The notes beneath the pieces are model-generated. The model saw only the letters and a list, made by a program, of their open reading frames with translations. It searched no databases and was not told where the DNA came from. The translations under genes were made by a program, and so were the position numbers. 64,000 bases of DNA from an uncultured Bacteroidales bacterium (GTDB lineage Bacteria; Bacteroidota; Bacteroidia; Bacteroidales; VadinHA17), in the NCBI GenBank assembly GCA_963719235.1, contig CAVRBS010000014.1, forward strand, positions 64,688 to 128,687, written 5' to 3'. Shown piece by piece: positions 9,453 through 20,475 of the stretch (position 1 is its first letter; every line of letters begins with the position of its first letter).

Positions 9453-10688
9453 TTACTTCAGATCAATCCACCAGTCCGGTTGCACAAAGGATCCCGTCAA
9501 CTCACAGTCCGAGCATTCGTTAATGACAAAAACCAGGTCTTCCAGTTCATCGGTTTCCTCATTATATATAGGTTCAACAAATGTAAACTCACCTTCGCCG
9601 ACAAACATCTGATACAACTCATCCCAGGACATAGGCTCATTCATGGAGCCCTCCACCCAGTAATCCAGCGGTGAAACCACAAATCTTTTACAGTCAGGTT
9701 TAAACCACGGGAGGTTAAGTTCGTCGAGCTCACCGGGAGTTATATACTTTCTTTCCTGTTTTACAGCTGAGACCTGGAAATAACCCAGCACTTTTTCACC
9801 CGGATCATTCAGACAGCTGACGTTGCTTATTACCAGGTAAGGCTGTTCATCAAAGATAGTGCCTCCGGCTTCATTCACCTGTTTAAGATTATTCCAGAAA
9901 TCATATGCTTCCTTGGAGAGGGAATATTGTTTTACAAGGATACTATATTGCAATATCAGACGGTCGGACTTTGATGAAGCGACGAAGCAGACAGGTGCTT
10001 TTCTGATGAAATCATCCTCCCCCGGCACTATAGAACCTTCTACGATAGTTGACGATTTCACTGTCTTCCAGCAGAAATCCTTTACATCATAAATCGGTAA
10101 AATCACCGTATCATTGATATAATCATAACGCTTATAATCAGCCAGTTTGAACTTCCAGGTCTCTTCGTACTCCCATCGCAGGTACTGGTTCTCCCCGGAG
10201 CCCTCTTCTGTATCGACATAAATTCTTATGCCCTCCAGGATTTCGCTCTGATCGCCGCTGTACTCTTCATCATTTTCATAATAAATATCTTCAATCCCCG
10301 GAACGGGAAGCATTAAAGCGGGATCTGACGCATATTCCCTTCCGTCAGCAGTTGTGATATGCAGAGTATACGTTTTACCTGTAACACCCGTGAATTCTTC
10401 AGGGTCTGTCACGTATGATCCGTTACCGCTAAGTCCGAGGTACGCTTTATTACCCGATTCATCTGAAATATATACAGTGGCGTCCGTAACTCTTTCAGGA
10501 TCTGAATCTTCATTCTGAACACTGCGAGTCAGCCGGACTTCATAAGGAACAGCTTCGTCAGTCACCAGACCTTCTACAACAAGAAGAGATTCATAACCCT
10601 TAAGAACGGGAGTATAAGGATCAATGCAGGTACTGAATGCCCATGCCACAAGCAGCAATACAATGGCTTTTGAGAACGGCTTTAGCAT
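9453..10688 (-). CDS. DUF4249-family lipoprotein
   Basis: ORF 9453..10757. ATG 10686-10688 gives MLKPFSKAIVLLLVAWAFSTC followed by IDPYTPVLKGYESLLVVEGLVTDE...YEVRLTRS, the typical DUF4249 N-terminus. Confidence 0.7.
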   Translation of the reverse strand: MLKPFSKAIVLLLVAWAFSTCIDPYTPVLKGYESLLVVEGLVTDEAVPYEVRLTRSVQNEDSDPERVTDATVYISDESGNKAYLGLSGNGSYVTDPEEFTGVTGKTYTLHITTADGREYASDPALMLPVPGIEDIYYENDEEYSGDQSEILEGIRIYVDTEEGSGENQYLRWEYEETWKFKLADYKRYDYINDTVILPIYDVKDFCWKTVKSSTIVEGSIVPGEDDFIRKAPVCFVASSKSDRLILQYSILVKQYSLSKEAYDFWNNLKQVNEAGGTIFDEQPYLVISNVSCLNDPGEKVLGYFQVSAVKQERKYITPGELDELNLPWFKPDCKRFVVSPLDYWVEGSMNEPMSWDELYQMFVGEGEFTFVEPIYNEETDELEDLVFVINECSDCELTGSFVQPDWWIDLK

Positions 10689-10879
10689 GAACCGGTTATA
10701 TATTTTTCTATCACGCCGCGATTTCTTTAAAAGGAAAGCAAAAGTAACACTTATCATTTACTTTTTTCAATTATCGGACAATTCAGGATGAGATTTATTT
10801 TCATTTCCTTATAATTAATGTGAGCCTTTGTCATTGTCCGGTGGGAAAAATTTCGTTATTTCGGCATCTTAAAATTGGC

Positions 10880-11650
10880 ATGCCGTTAATGAACAGGCAG
10901 TTTTTTATTTTGCAATTCCTGGTATTATCAGTCGCAGTTTCTGGACAGGCTCCTCAGAACAAAGCAGAACGATCTCAGGACATTAATCTTCAGAAGAATT
11001 ATCTGTACAGCCTATACTATGAGTTTGTTTCAGTTCCGAATGAGCTTATAAACGGCAAAGAGTATCTTCCTTATTTTTTACGCAGCGTTCATAATCCGAT
11101 GCTGTTTGCAGACGAGAAACCGAATGCGACCCTGAAGATCAACGGCAGGGAATACAGGAGTATCAGGCTTGAGTATGATACATATCTTGACGAGGTTGTT
11201 TATACTGATACCTCCAGGATGGTCGACAACGCTTATCCCCGCATTGCACTCAACAAGGATAAGGTCGACGGATTTGAAGTATTTTTCCGGGGTGACAGTA
11301 TGATATTCAGATATTTAAGATTTCCGGGGAAGGAAATTGACGATGGGTTCTTTGAGATTGCCTATAACGGAGATACAAGGTTCATTATCAGACATAAGTC
11401 CTCCCAATACATTTTTGATGCTGTTAAAGAATATAAGTATTCACCTGAGAGATACATCCTGGCTGGCGGAAAATTCCATGAAATAAAAAGCAGCAGGGCC
11501 TTTCTGGCGCTCTTCGGAGAACGCTCCGGAGAAGTCAAGGCGTACATGAAGGGATTAAAGATCAAGCTCAGGACAGCTGACAAAAATGACATGATTAAAG
11601 TCGTGGCATATTATGATTCCATCATGAAATCAAATACCGGGAGGCAATGA
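10880..11650 (+). CDS. Hypothetical secreted protein
   Basis: ORF 10820..11650. ATG 10880 gives the signal-like MPLMNRQFFILQFLVLSVAVSGQ. Its stop overlaps the start of the next gene (ATGA at 11647-11650). Confidence 0.5.
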   Translation: MPLMNRQFFILQFLVLSVAVSGQAPQNKAERSQDINLQKNYLYSLYYEFVSVPNELINGKEYLPYFLRSVHNPMLFADEKPNATLKINGREYRSIRLEYDTYLDEVVYTDTSRMVDNAYPRIALNKDKVDGFEVFFRGDSMIFRYLRFPGKEIDDGFFEIAYNGDTRFIIRHKSSQYIFDAVKEYKYSPERYILAGGKFHEIKSSRAFLALFGERSGEVKAYMKGLKIKLRTADKNDMIKVVAYYDSIMKSNTGRQ

Positions 11651-14426
11651 AGAGGCTCGGGATCATAATTCTTCTTGTTTTCTTTTCAGTTGTACTGACA
11701 GCCCAGGATAATATTTTATCTCTTCAGTTCAGCAATATACTTTTCAGGGACCTGGCGGATACCATTGAAAAGACAGTTCCCGTAAAGATCTATTACTCTG
11801 ACAAGTGGGTTGACACACTCTATCTTGATATAAATTCGAGGGGAGAATCGCTAAGCGGACTTTTTGATCAATCGCTTCTGAATACAGGATTTTCATTTTT
11901 CATCACTGATGACAATAAGCTGATCCTTTCAAAGGGAAGCCGCATCAAGACAAATTTCAGCAGGGAGCTGCAGGATTATCTCAGTAAGAGAGTGTCTGTG
12001 CCAGATACGGTCAGGTATGATCAGCCTTCTGAAGCTGATGAGGAGGCAGCCATAAGTGATGAATATAAGATTTTCAGGATAGGGAGCCCTTCGGCGTTGA
12101 AAAAATCCGGGACGGCCTTTTTATCAGGTACGATAAAAGATATTGAAACCGGCGAGCCTTTTGCCGGGACGATAGTCTATGTTGAAAAGCTGAAGGCAGG
12201 TGTAGCTACGAATAATGCCGGTTACTATTCGCTTGAGCTGCCCAAGGGTCAGTTCGTGGTTGAATACAGGATGGTGGGGATGAAGACGGCAAAAAGGAAT
12301 GTGATAATTTATTCTGACGGGATGCTGGATGTGGAGTTGGCGCAAAGCACAAACCAGCTGGGCGAGGTTACCGTTTCTGCAAGCAGGGAGAGCAATGTGC
12401 GGGAGATTGAGATGGGGATCGAAAAGATCAATATGAAGATGCTGAAACAGATCCCCATGGGCATGGGTGAAGCCGACCTCTTGAAGACCTCGCTGCTGTT
12501 GCCTGGCGTAAATTCTGCAGGAGAGGCTTCAGCCGGTTTTAACATACGCGGAGGAAACGTCGATCAGAACCTGATCCTTTTTGACGGTGCACCGATCATC
12601 AATCCTTCTCATTTTTTTGGCTTCTTCTCCTCATTCAATCCCGATATTATTCAGGATGTCATTTTGTATAAGAGCGGTATTCCGGCTAAATACGGCGGCC
12701 GGATATCATCAGTGATGGATATTAAGCTGAAGGAAGGTTCCACGGAGAAAGTCAACATCAGCGGAGGGGTAAGTCTCTTTACGGCAAAACTAATGGTGGA
12801 GGTGCCACTGCAGAAGAAGAAAAGCTCTATCATCGTGAGCGGAAGGACGACTTATTCAGACTGGGTACTCGGACTGCTTGACGATGTCCAGCTACAGAAT
12901 AGCAGTGCGGGATTTAATGATATCCAGGGACTTCTGACATTTTCCGCAGGTCAGAAGGACGATTTTTCCATTTCGGGATACCTGAGCAATGACAGGTTCG
13001 ATTACTATGGAGAAAGCGCTACTAGCTATTCGAACCTTACCAGTTCAGTAAAATGGAACCACAAGTACAATTCCAGGCTATTCTCGCAGGTTGCGGGCAT
13101 AATAAGCAACTATGATTACGCGGTTGATACCAAACAAATTCCCGAGACATCAAACACCTTGAATTACAAGCTCAGCCAGCAGATACTGAGAACCAATTTC
13201 ACCTGGCTGCCGCGTGAGAACCATAAAGTGGAATTCGGCCTCGACGCGACGTATTATTCACTGTTTCCGGGAACTCTGAATCCTCTGGGGTTATCCTCCG
13301 AGACCGTGCCGAAATCGTTAGAGAAGGAACAGGCTGTTGAGCCTGCGTTATATATAAGCGATGAATATGAAGTCTCACCCAGGCTGCTTCTGTCAGGCGG
13401 GCTCAGGTTTACGATGTTCACCTCCATTGGTCCTGAGACGCGATTCATTTATACCGCCGGCCTTCCGAAATCAGTTGAAAATATTTCCGACACGGCATAT
13501 TACGGGGAAGGGCAGATACTAAAAATATATCCCGGTCCTGAATTCAGGTTTTCAGCAAGATACATTATTGCGCCTGATTTTTCGGTCAAAGCCGGCATTC
13601 AGCGTAATTTCCAGTATCTGAACATGGTATCCAATACCACATCGATGTCACCCACAGATATCTGGAAATTAAGCGACAGTTATATAAAGCCCCAGAGAGG
13701 CGATCAGGTCTCTTTCGGGTTATATAAGGATTTCCGGAGGAAAGCTATTGAATCATCAATCGAGGTCTATTATAAGAGTCTTAAGAATATTATGGATTAT
13801 AAAGGCGGGGCAACCTTGCTGATGAATGAACATCTTGAGACGGATATTCTGAGCGGGATCGGAAAAGCGTATGGTGTGGAGCTGATGCTCAAGAAACAAT
13901 CAGGGATACTGACGGGATGGATCAGCTATACTTATTCCAGGTCGTTCATTAAGGTTGATGGCGAGTTTGAGGAAGAAAAGATAAACGGAGGGGAATATTT
14001 CCCCGCAAATTTCGATAAGCCTCATGATCTGAAGGTTGTAGGGAATCTCAGGGTGATCAGGCGGCTGAACCTGACATCAAACCTTATATACACCACAGGT
14101 CGTCCCATCACTCATCCTGTCGGGTTCTATAACTTTTACAATGTGACCAGGGTCTTTTATTCGGAGAGGAATGAATTCCGTATACCTTACTATCTCAGGC
14201 TCGATTTCTCAGCCACGCTGAACGGTAATCTGAAGGCTAAGAAGTTAAATCACTCCTCCCTGACATTTACCTGTTATAATGTGCTTGGCAGGAAAATCCG
14301 TACTCAATATTCTTCAAGGTTGAGGATGGGATGGTCAATGGTTACCAGATGTCTATTTTCGGCAAGCCCATTTTTCTGCTGACCTATAATTTCCATATAC
14401 GAGGGAATGCGTCAACGGATTTCTGA
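11647..14426 (+). CDS. TonB-dependent outer-membrane receptor (CarboxypepD_reg + plug + barrel), 3' end shifted by an indel at A-run 14293-14296
   Basis: ORF 11647..14382 has a carboxypeptidase-regulatory-like domain (GTIKDIETGEPFAGTIVYVE...GYYSLELPKG) and a plug (NIRGGNVDQNLILFDGAPI). After the A4 run the +1 frame reads NPYSIFFKVEDGMVNGYQMSIFGKPIFLLTYNF..., a typical receptor C-terminus, ending at TGA 14424-14426. Confidence 0.8.
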
Positions 14427-15286
14427 GACAGGCAGCCGGCAACCGGATCGGAATGAGTGCATGCAACGGACAGAGTAACCGGCCCTTTTTCTGCCGTAAC
14501 CGCCATACAGACCTGCATCATTGTATGAGGCATAGTAAGTGTGGGCCAGATCAGCGTTGTACTCGGTGCTGGTCCACCATTCGGCATATAAGCCCACAAG
14601 GTCGTACTGGCCAAGGGAGCTGCGGAAGCCGGCGGGAACGGCCCCAAAGCCAAAGTTATCAGTGGCGTCTGTATTGGGGCTTTCCCAGTAGGGGTGCGTA
14701 TTAGGAGCGGTTCGCTTGCTTTTCAGCTTGCCTCCGGCAATATCTTCTCCTCCGAGGAAGGCAACAAGCTCATCCCAATCCTCTTGGGTGGGCACACGGA
14801 AGCCTGTCGGGCAAAGTCCTTTGCTGTTGGTTACTGCGGCCCAGTTGTAGAGGTGTCCGTAGGCGTCCGCCACTTCATCCTCATCGTCAAGGCCATCAAT
14901 ATAGGTGGGGTGATAAATGCAAAAAGCATCCCCGGCACTGGCCCATTCATATCCCTCATATAACCAGGTAAGCAGCGGAGTACCGTCGTTGAAGCTCGCA
15001 ACACGCAGGTTGCTGGTCAACCAGGTCTGATCGCCTATTATCATGGCACCATATTCATTGCCATTAATATCTTTAACAGTGGTTGTGCCGATATTTGGGC
15101 CCCCGGAGGGTCTTTGCGGCAATTGCTGAAAACCATTAATAATATGCCCAGCAGGATCAGCTGGTAAATCCTGAGTTTCATTACTGTTTTCATAGTTATA
15201 GGTTTTACCGTCAATGATACATTTCAAACAAGGAATGCGGCTGCAGGCTGACAATAAGAAATTAATTCAAACCTGGCAACTATCAT
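14412..15286 (-). CDS. FISUMP (Fibrobacter succinogenes major paralogous, TIGR02145-like) domain lipoprotein; 5' end uncertain
   Basis: ORF 14412..15254 contains HLYNWAAV, GLCPTGFRVPTQEDWDEL, GGKLKS, GFGAVPAGFR, WWTSTE and GYSVRC. The ORF opens with a lipobox-like LLSAC, but the only upstream ATG (15284-15286) is in another frame, which suggests a possible indel. Confidence 0.7.
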
Positions 15287-15293
15287 ACTATAG

Positions 15294-15324
15294 CAAATTT
15301 AAACCGGATTTTTGTCGAAGTCAA
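15294..15324 (-). promoter_or_regulatory. Bacteroidota-type promoter (TTGAC-N17-TAAATTTG) upstream of the FISUMP gene
   Basis: On the minus strand, TTGAC lies at 15323-15319 and TAAATTTG at 15301-15294. The latter matches the TAnnTTTG -7 consensus, and ATG 15286 follows. Confidence 0.4.
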
Positions 15325-15336
15325 GTTTATTTTAGC

Positions 15337-15470
15337 AGGCAGCAGTAATAATATTCTCAGTAAGATCTTAACTAAATCTTTCATAATTTCAGTTTAACTG
15401 TAATTTGTTCTGCTGGACGCAAGGCTGCTTCAAATGCCGCTCTGGTATTAATGCGATACAAGAGGTATTG
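15337..15470. repeat. Duplicated copy of the 5' end and upstream region of gene 6285..6926
   Basis: 15337-15444 aligns by eye with 6881-6989 (for example cagtaagatcttaact...tttcagttta...aaatgccgct). 15445-15470 aligns with 7306-7332 (ttaat[ga]cgatacaagagg). It encodes only a truncated MKDLVKILLRILLLL... start. Confidence 0.7.
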
Positions 15471-15565
15471 ATTTTTAATTTCTTTGTCTTAATTCAAGAA
15501 TTGTTACCCGTAACTTTACTCACCGCCATCAGGCGGGGGGAATTCGTAGACATGGGAACTGACAG

Positions 15566-17564
15566 TTATTTAATTTTTTCAAAGTGCACATTTTGAACGA
15601 CAAATCCCGATACAATTCCTTCATTTTTTCGCTCGAAGTTATAATCTCCCATATATCCATGGGAAAACACATCCGGATACTTTGGTCTCAGCTGCATTTC
15701 AATTCCTCCGGGATCCTTTACAATGAGGCGGGCGTTCAGGACATCAATAACATACACAAATTCTAACTCAGGACTGTAATAAAGTCCTTTAAAAGCCAGA
15801 AGATCCTCGTCTGACGGTTTGTACGGTGGAAGTCGACGAAGCGTGAAATCTCCGGCATAATGAAAACTGGCTTGCTTTACCTGTTTGTTCTTATCGAGGT
15901 TAAATGTTACGCTGATATCGAGGTCCTCCTTAACAAAATTAGAATCAGAAATCGCCTGCAGAGTAAACGAAGAAGGAAGGAGTTTTACCTGATATTACCT
16001 GAGTTGTAAACAGGTTTCCTCCCTGATAAATGTCACGATCATACGGTTATCTTCTTCTGCTGAATACCTTCCGGCGTAAGCATTCAGAAGGGCAGGATCG
16101 ATATCAGCACCTTGCTTCTCTTTTTCTCCCGGTTGTTCGCTTGCCTTTGCCGGTGTGGAATAATATTCACTGATAAACAGCTCCGACAGCCTCTTTGAAA
16201 ACTCAGGAAAAATACGAGAATTATTAATAATTATTGTACCGGCATCCAGCTCAGGATAATAGGCCATCTCTGACCAGTTGAAAGCATCAAATCCATCGTG
16301 ACTGTACCGGTGAATACCATTGCGCTTGTTGATATAGAGACCCAGCGAGCAATTTATTGTGTCACCGCCTGTCAGTATGCACGGGTTCGGTTAATCGGGA
16401 GATAACCTCCTGTCCGCCAACTCTGGCATCATTCAAATTAATCAGCCACTTAGACATGTCTCCTGCTGTTGAGTAGATGCTGCTGGCACCGTAGAAAGCT
16501 GGCTCATCAGGAGCAGTTCCGTATTCCCCGTAATTATCCATGGTACCCTGAGCACTGTTCGGAACAACCTTCTGGATTTGGCCACGGATCGGGTAGTTGA
16601 CCATAGTATGCTTCATCCCAAGGGGACCGAAGACATTAGCCTCCATCCACTGATCGAATGCCATGCCACTTACGCGTTCGACTACTTCGGCCATTAATAT
16701 GTAGCCTGTATTGCAGTAACTGTGCTTTGAACCAGGTGCATATTGAAGTTCACGCTGTTTTTGTATTTGCTTAATGAGATGTTCACGGGTTGTTGATCCG
16801 CCGCCCCTGCCACCTCTCATCCCATATGTCAGATTTATTTCGCGGTACCCGCCTGTATGATTCAGGAGGTTCTTAAGAGTTACCGGTTGTCCGAAGTCAG
16901 GACATTCGGGAATAAACTTCCGGATATCATCATCCAGCGACAGCTTCCCCTCCTTTTCAAGCAGGGCAATTGCAAATCCCGTAAACTGTTTTGAAACTGA
17001 TCCTATGTTAGTGGATGTTTCTGTTGTGTATGGTACCATATGAGATATATTGGCCATACCGTAAGCGCGGGAATAAATGATCCTGCCATCGCGGACGACA
17101 GCCACGGATCCCCCGGGTCCTTCATCACTGTATAAAGCGTCGATGATTTGATCAATCTGTTTATCAGGAGAATTGCCCAGAGTTTCAGCACATTTAATCT
17201 CAATAGTATATTCGCCGGGACCTGTGACAGAATTAGTAAACCTTAAAGGTATAATCTCAATACGATATAAACCGCCACTTGTGGTTTCAAGATAAAATCC
17301 TTTCTGCCCCATCAGCATATCTGACCTGCCGATCTGATTTCCCTCCGGATCAATCATTAAAACAGCGATATTAATATTCTTCTGACTGACTTCACCGCAC
17401 ACAAATTGCTTAGCGCCTACATTGAGCAGGTAAATATGTTTCTGGTTGGCAGAGATCTCTTTTACAACTCGTTGACCAATAACGAGCCTGGAAGTATCCT
17501 GCTCTTTGCCTGATGCATTAGTGCAAAGAACAAAACTGATAAAAACTGCAAAAATTCTGAGCAT
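15566..17564 (-). pseudogene. Beta-lactamase-family serine hydrolase with DUF3471-like C-terminal domain, disrupted by a frameshift and an in-frame TAA
   Basis: ORF 16362..17564 carries SVSKQF (SxxK). The next frame continues LTGGDTINCSLGLYINKRNGIHRYSHDGFDAFNWSEMAYYPELDAG into ORF 15995..16267. TAA 15995-15997 is in-frame with an open continuation, YQVKLLPSSFTLQAISDSNFV...FVYVIDVL, that runs into ORF 15566..15757. Confidence 0.75.
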
Positions 17565-17931
17565 GGTTCCCCCTTTCCTTATTAACGCCTTGTCGTCAAT
17601 ATGAGGCTGATTAAACAGCTCTCACTTATAACATGAAAATCAACATGTTACCTGTCACCCGGGCAGATAAATGTATCCTGGGTTTTGCTGTTGCTTTGCA
17701 AAGTTAACTTTTGAAAAAGCCAAAGTCAATTATATTTGTAACCAGACAGGTTACAATACATCACATTACGATAATATGATGTCATGTGCACTTTGAAACA
17801 AGCATTATGATACCTTTTACTTTATTTAATTCAGGAACCTGTCCAGTCAAAGCGAGAGAGCAGAACGGGGTATGACAGCAGACCATAATTGTAGGTGTCA
17901 ATTGCTGAAGGTTATTGGCCTGAATTAATAT

Positions 17932-18774
17932 CTATTCGAAGTAAGGTTTCTTTTGAAATACGCGAACGTAATCGATGTCGTGGTACTGCGGAAAGGTTGT
18001 GGTTGAATCAGGATTGCCGGGCCAGCTTCCACCGACAGCAGTATTCAGGATTATATAATGGGGTGTATGCGGAATTCCGTCAGAGGCAGAATGGAGCAGA
18101 TGTCCGTCGATATACCAGCGTATTGAATCAGGTTCCCATTCCAGTGCATAGATGTGAAAGTCTTCAGAATAGTCAACAGTGTCAATCCATTTTCCGGAAC
18201 TCGATTTCCTTGAACCGTCGAATGAGCAGTAATGAAAGGTTCCATATAGGACATTCGGTTCATGGCCCAGGAATTCCATAATATCGATCTCGGAATACCA
18301 TGGTCGTTCCTCCGGGATCAGTCGTTCTTTGCCGTTGGCGACAGCGTCTTCCATCGTCTTTTCCATCAGCCAGTCGCGGTTCTGAGGGTAAAGCCAGTGA
18401 GCCGGCCACAGACCCTGGCCTTTCGGAAGCCTGGCACGGATCTCAAAACGGCCGTAGGTCGGGGCGAATTTACTCTCTGTATCGAGCCTGCCGCTTGTGT
18501 ATTCTTTGGAACCGTATTTACGTTCGCGGCTTCTGATGCGGAGCAGGCCATTTTCAATGTACACCTCATCAGGGACATAATATTGAAGTTCATTGTGTTT
18601 GCTGGTCTCCCGTATCAGGACATTCCATTTGTTGGTATCGGGGCGCTTTCCGTCAAACTCATCCTGCCAGATTAACTTCCAGTCGTTTTTTGATTCAGTC
18701 TTGTTTTGCGACATGCCCATTCCGGGACAGAGCATCAAGAAGCATAGAAAAAACGGGGTTTTACTGGTATTCAT
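17932..18774 (-). CDS. GH16 beta-glucanase (laminarinase/licheninase-like), secreted
   Basis: ORF 17932..18846. ATG 18772-18774 gives MNTSKTPFFLCFLMLCPGMGMS. The GH16 catalytic motif E-I-D-I-M-E (WYSEIDIMEFLG) is present, along with GLWPAHWL. Confidence 0.85.
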   Translation of the reverse strand: MNTSKTPFFLCFLMLCPGMGMSQNKTESKNDWKLIWQDEFDGKRPDTNKWNVLIRETSKHNELQYYVPDEVYIENGLLRIRSRERKYGSKEYTSGRLDTESKFAPTYGRFEIRARLPKGQGLWPAHWLYPQNRDWLMEKTMEDAVANGKERLIPEERPWYSEIDIMEFLGHEPNVLYGTFHYCSFDGSRKSSSGKWIDTVDYSEDFHIYALEWEPDSIRWYIDGHLLHSASDGIPHTPHYIILNTAVGGSWPGNPDSTTTFPQYHDIDYVRVFQKKPYFE

Positions 18775-19303
18775 AATATTGATTTTTTTGAAACCATGGA
18801 ATGAACATCGATACCTTTTTTCGATATTCTTCATATTGATTTCCAAAATCCTTTAATAATCTCTTTTCTTCCATTTTCACAACAACAGTCAGCATAAAAA
18901 CAAAAATTGCACAGACTAATACAACAGCGGTTATTGAATTAAGAAATAGTGCAAAAGCAAGATATATTAAGAACGCTCCAAACAGCATAGGATTTCTTGT
19001 GTTTTTATATGGTCCTGATACAACGAGATTCTTTGTTTTCGGACTTATTTCTATATTTCCTATTTCGACAGGACCTCCTTTTCCAATAGTGTTTTGAACA
19101 ATCAATGACCAAATTCCATATATTAATCCTGTTACAAATAATATTATGATAATAATCCATTTTATTATCGAATTCCGGATGATTTCTATTCTATAAACAT
19201 TATCAACTAACGAAGTAATCAGATAAATAATTGAAGGTACTAATACAATAACAAGTAATCCGCCTACAATATATCCTAATATCATCTTTTTATCTTCATT
19301 CAT
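18761..19303 (-). CDS. Membrane methyltransferase of the ICMT/PEMT-like family
   Basis: 180-aa multi-helix ORF with GPYKNTRNPMLFGAFLIYLAFAL and EEKRLLKDFGNQYEEYRKKV, typical of isoprenylcysteine carboxyl / phospholipid methyltransferase-like proteins. Confidence 0.65.
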   Translation of the reverse strand: MNEDKKMILGYIVGGLLVIVLVPSIIYLITSLVDNVYRIEIIRNSIIKWIIIIILFVTGLIYGIWSLIVQNTIGKGGPVEIGNIEISPKTKNLVVSGPYKNTRNPMLFGAFLIYLAFALFLNSITAVVLVCAIFVFMLTVVVKMEEKRLLKDFGNQYEEYRKKVSMFIPWFQKNQYYEYQ

Positions 19304-19381
19304 GTAATACCTCCTTTCAGGTTATTTAGAAATCTGATTATCTATTCAGACGCCATTGATAGCAGCGCTTGCTGGCAAATG

Positions 19382-20398
19382 TTAAAGTTTCAATGACAAT
19401 CCGGCATTAAGTCCCAACCACATAAATAATTTTCCGCCTGACCATTCATTTGTATAAACAGAATATGGAATATTCAAAGTCCCATATTCACCATCAACTT
19501 GTTCTTCTGTCACATATACGTTAAATGATGGTCCGATCAACAGGGACAATCTCCCGGAAACACTGTACCTGTAATTAAAATCGGCCTTGCTCAACATGTT
19601 TGAACTGCCTTCCCATTTGTTATTGTAAACAATCTGGTTGGCCGATAAATCGATACTTATTTTTTGTTTTGCAGTTAAAGAAATATTTCCTCCAAACCCA
19701 AGGCCACAACTATAAACAGGGTTATTTTTATAAGAAGAATATCCTGCTTTATAGATCGTGTAAAACCTTTCAACTCCCATTTTGTAGTTCAGGTTAGAAT
19801 ATATTACTTCCCCACCGGTAAGTTCGAATTCGAAATGTCCGTTTTTTACAATGCTGAATATCCCAACCGGTAAACTTTCTGAGCCATCGAGAAGGAAATT
19901 TATAACTCCAAGCTGAACACCTTTAAGCTTCTTTGCATAATTAAAAACGCCCAACTGAAATCCCGTAAACTCATCAACATTAATATTAGTTGTCGCTAAC
20001 TGGAATCCTTTTGCATTTTGCCTTGAATAATTCAGCACTCCTGATATAAACAGGCCAGAAGTCGAATCCATGCAAATATTTGAAACACCTGAAAGCAAAA
20101 AGCCTCCTGAGTATCCTGTATTTATATTTGAAACTCCTGACAATTGAAATCCCCTGACTTCGCCTTTATTATAATTCAATATTGAACCGATTTCAACTCC
20201 GTTTACACCACCGTTTAGGCCATACAAAATATTGAACGAAAAATTATTTGAGTATTCCAGAGAACTCGTTCCGCTGCTACCAATGGGGTAGGCAAATGTA
20301 ACCTGAACCTTACGGGTTTTAAGACTGTTATTTTCCTGTGCAACAAGACTTAGTGACATTAAGAAAACCATTATGCTTAATAAAAATGTCTTCGGCAT
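19382..20398 (-). CDS. Outer-membrane repeat protein (G-x-Q-L-x-G-V-x-N type repeats)
   Basis: ORF 19382..20479. ATG 20396-20398 gives the signal MPKTFLLSIMVFLMSLSLVAQ. It has repeated GFQLSGVSNI / GVQLGVINF units and a beta-strand-rich C-terminal half. The family name is uncertain. Confidence 0.5.
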   Translation of the reverse strand: MPKTFLLSIMVFLMSLSLVAQENNSLKTRKVQVTFAYPIGSSGTSSLEYSNNFSFNILYGLNGGVNGVEIGSILNYNKGEVRGFQLSGVSNINTGYSGGFLLSGVSNICMDSTSGLFISGVLNYSRQNAKGFQLATTNINVDEFTGFQLGVFNYAKKLKGVQLGVINFLLDGSESLPVGIFSIVKNGHFEFELTGGEVIYSNLNYKMGVERFYTIYKAGYSSYKNNPVYSCGLGFGGNISLTAKQKISIDLSANQIVYNNKWEGSSNMLSKADFNYRYSVSGRLSLLIGPSFNVYVTEEQVDGEYGTLNIPYSVYTNEWSGGKLFMWLGLNAGLSLKL

Positions 20399-20475
20399 TT
20401 TTCTTCTCTTAAACAGAAAAAAGGTGATGCTCTTATTTACTTTGTCCGGGTTAGCGGATGCCCTTATTTTTGTGC

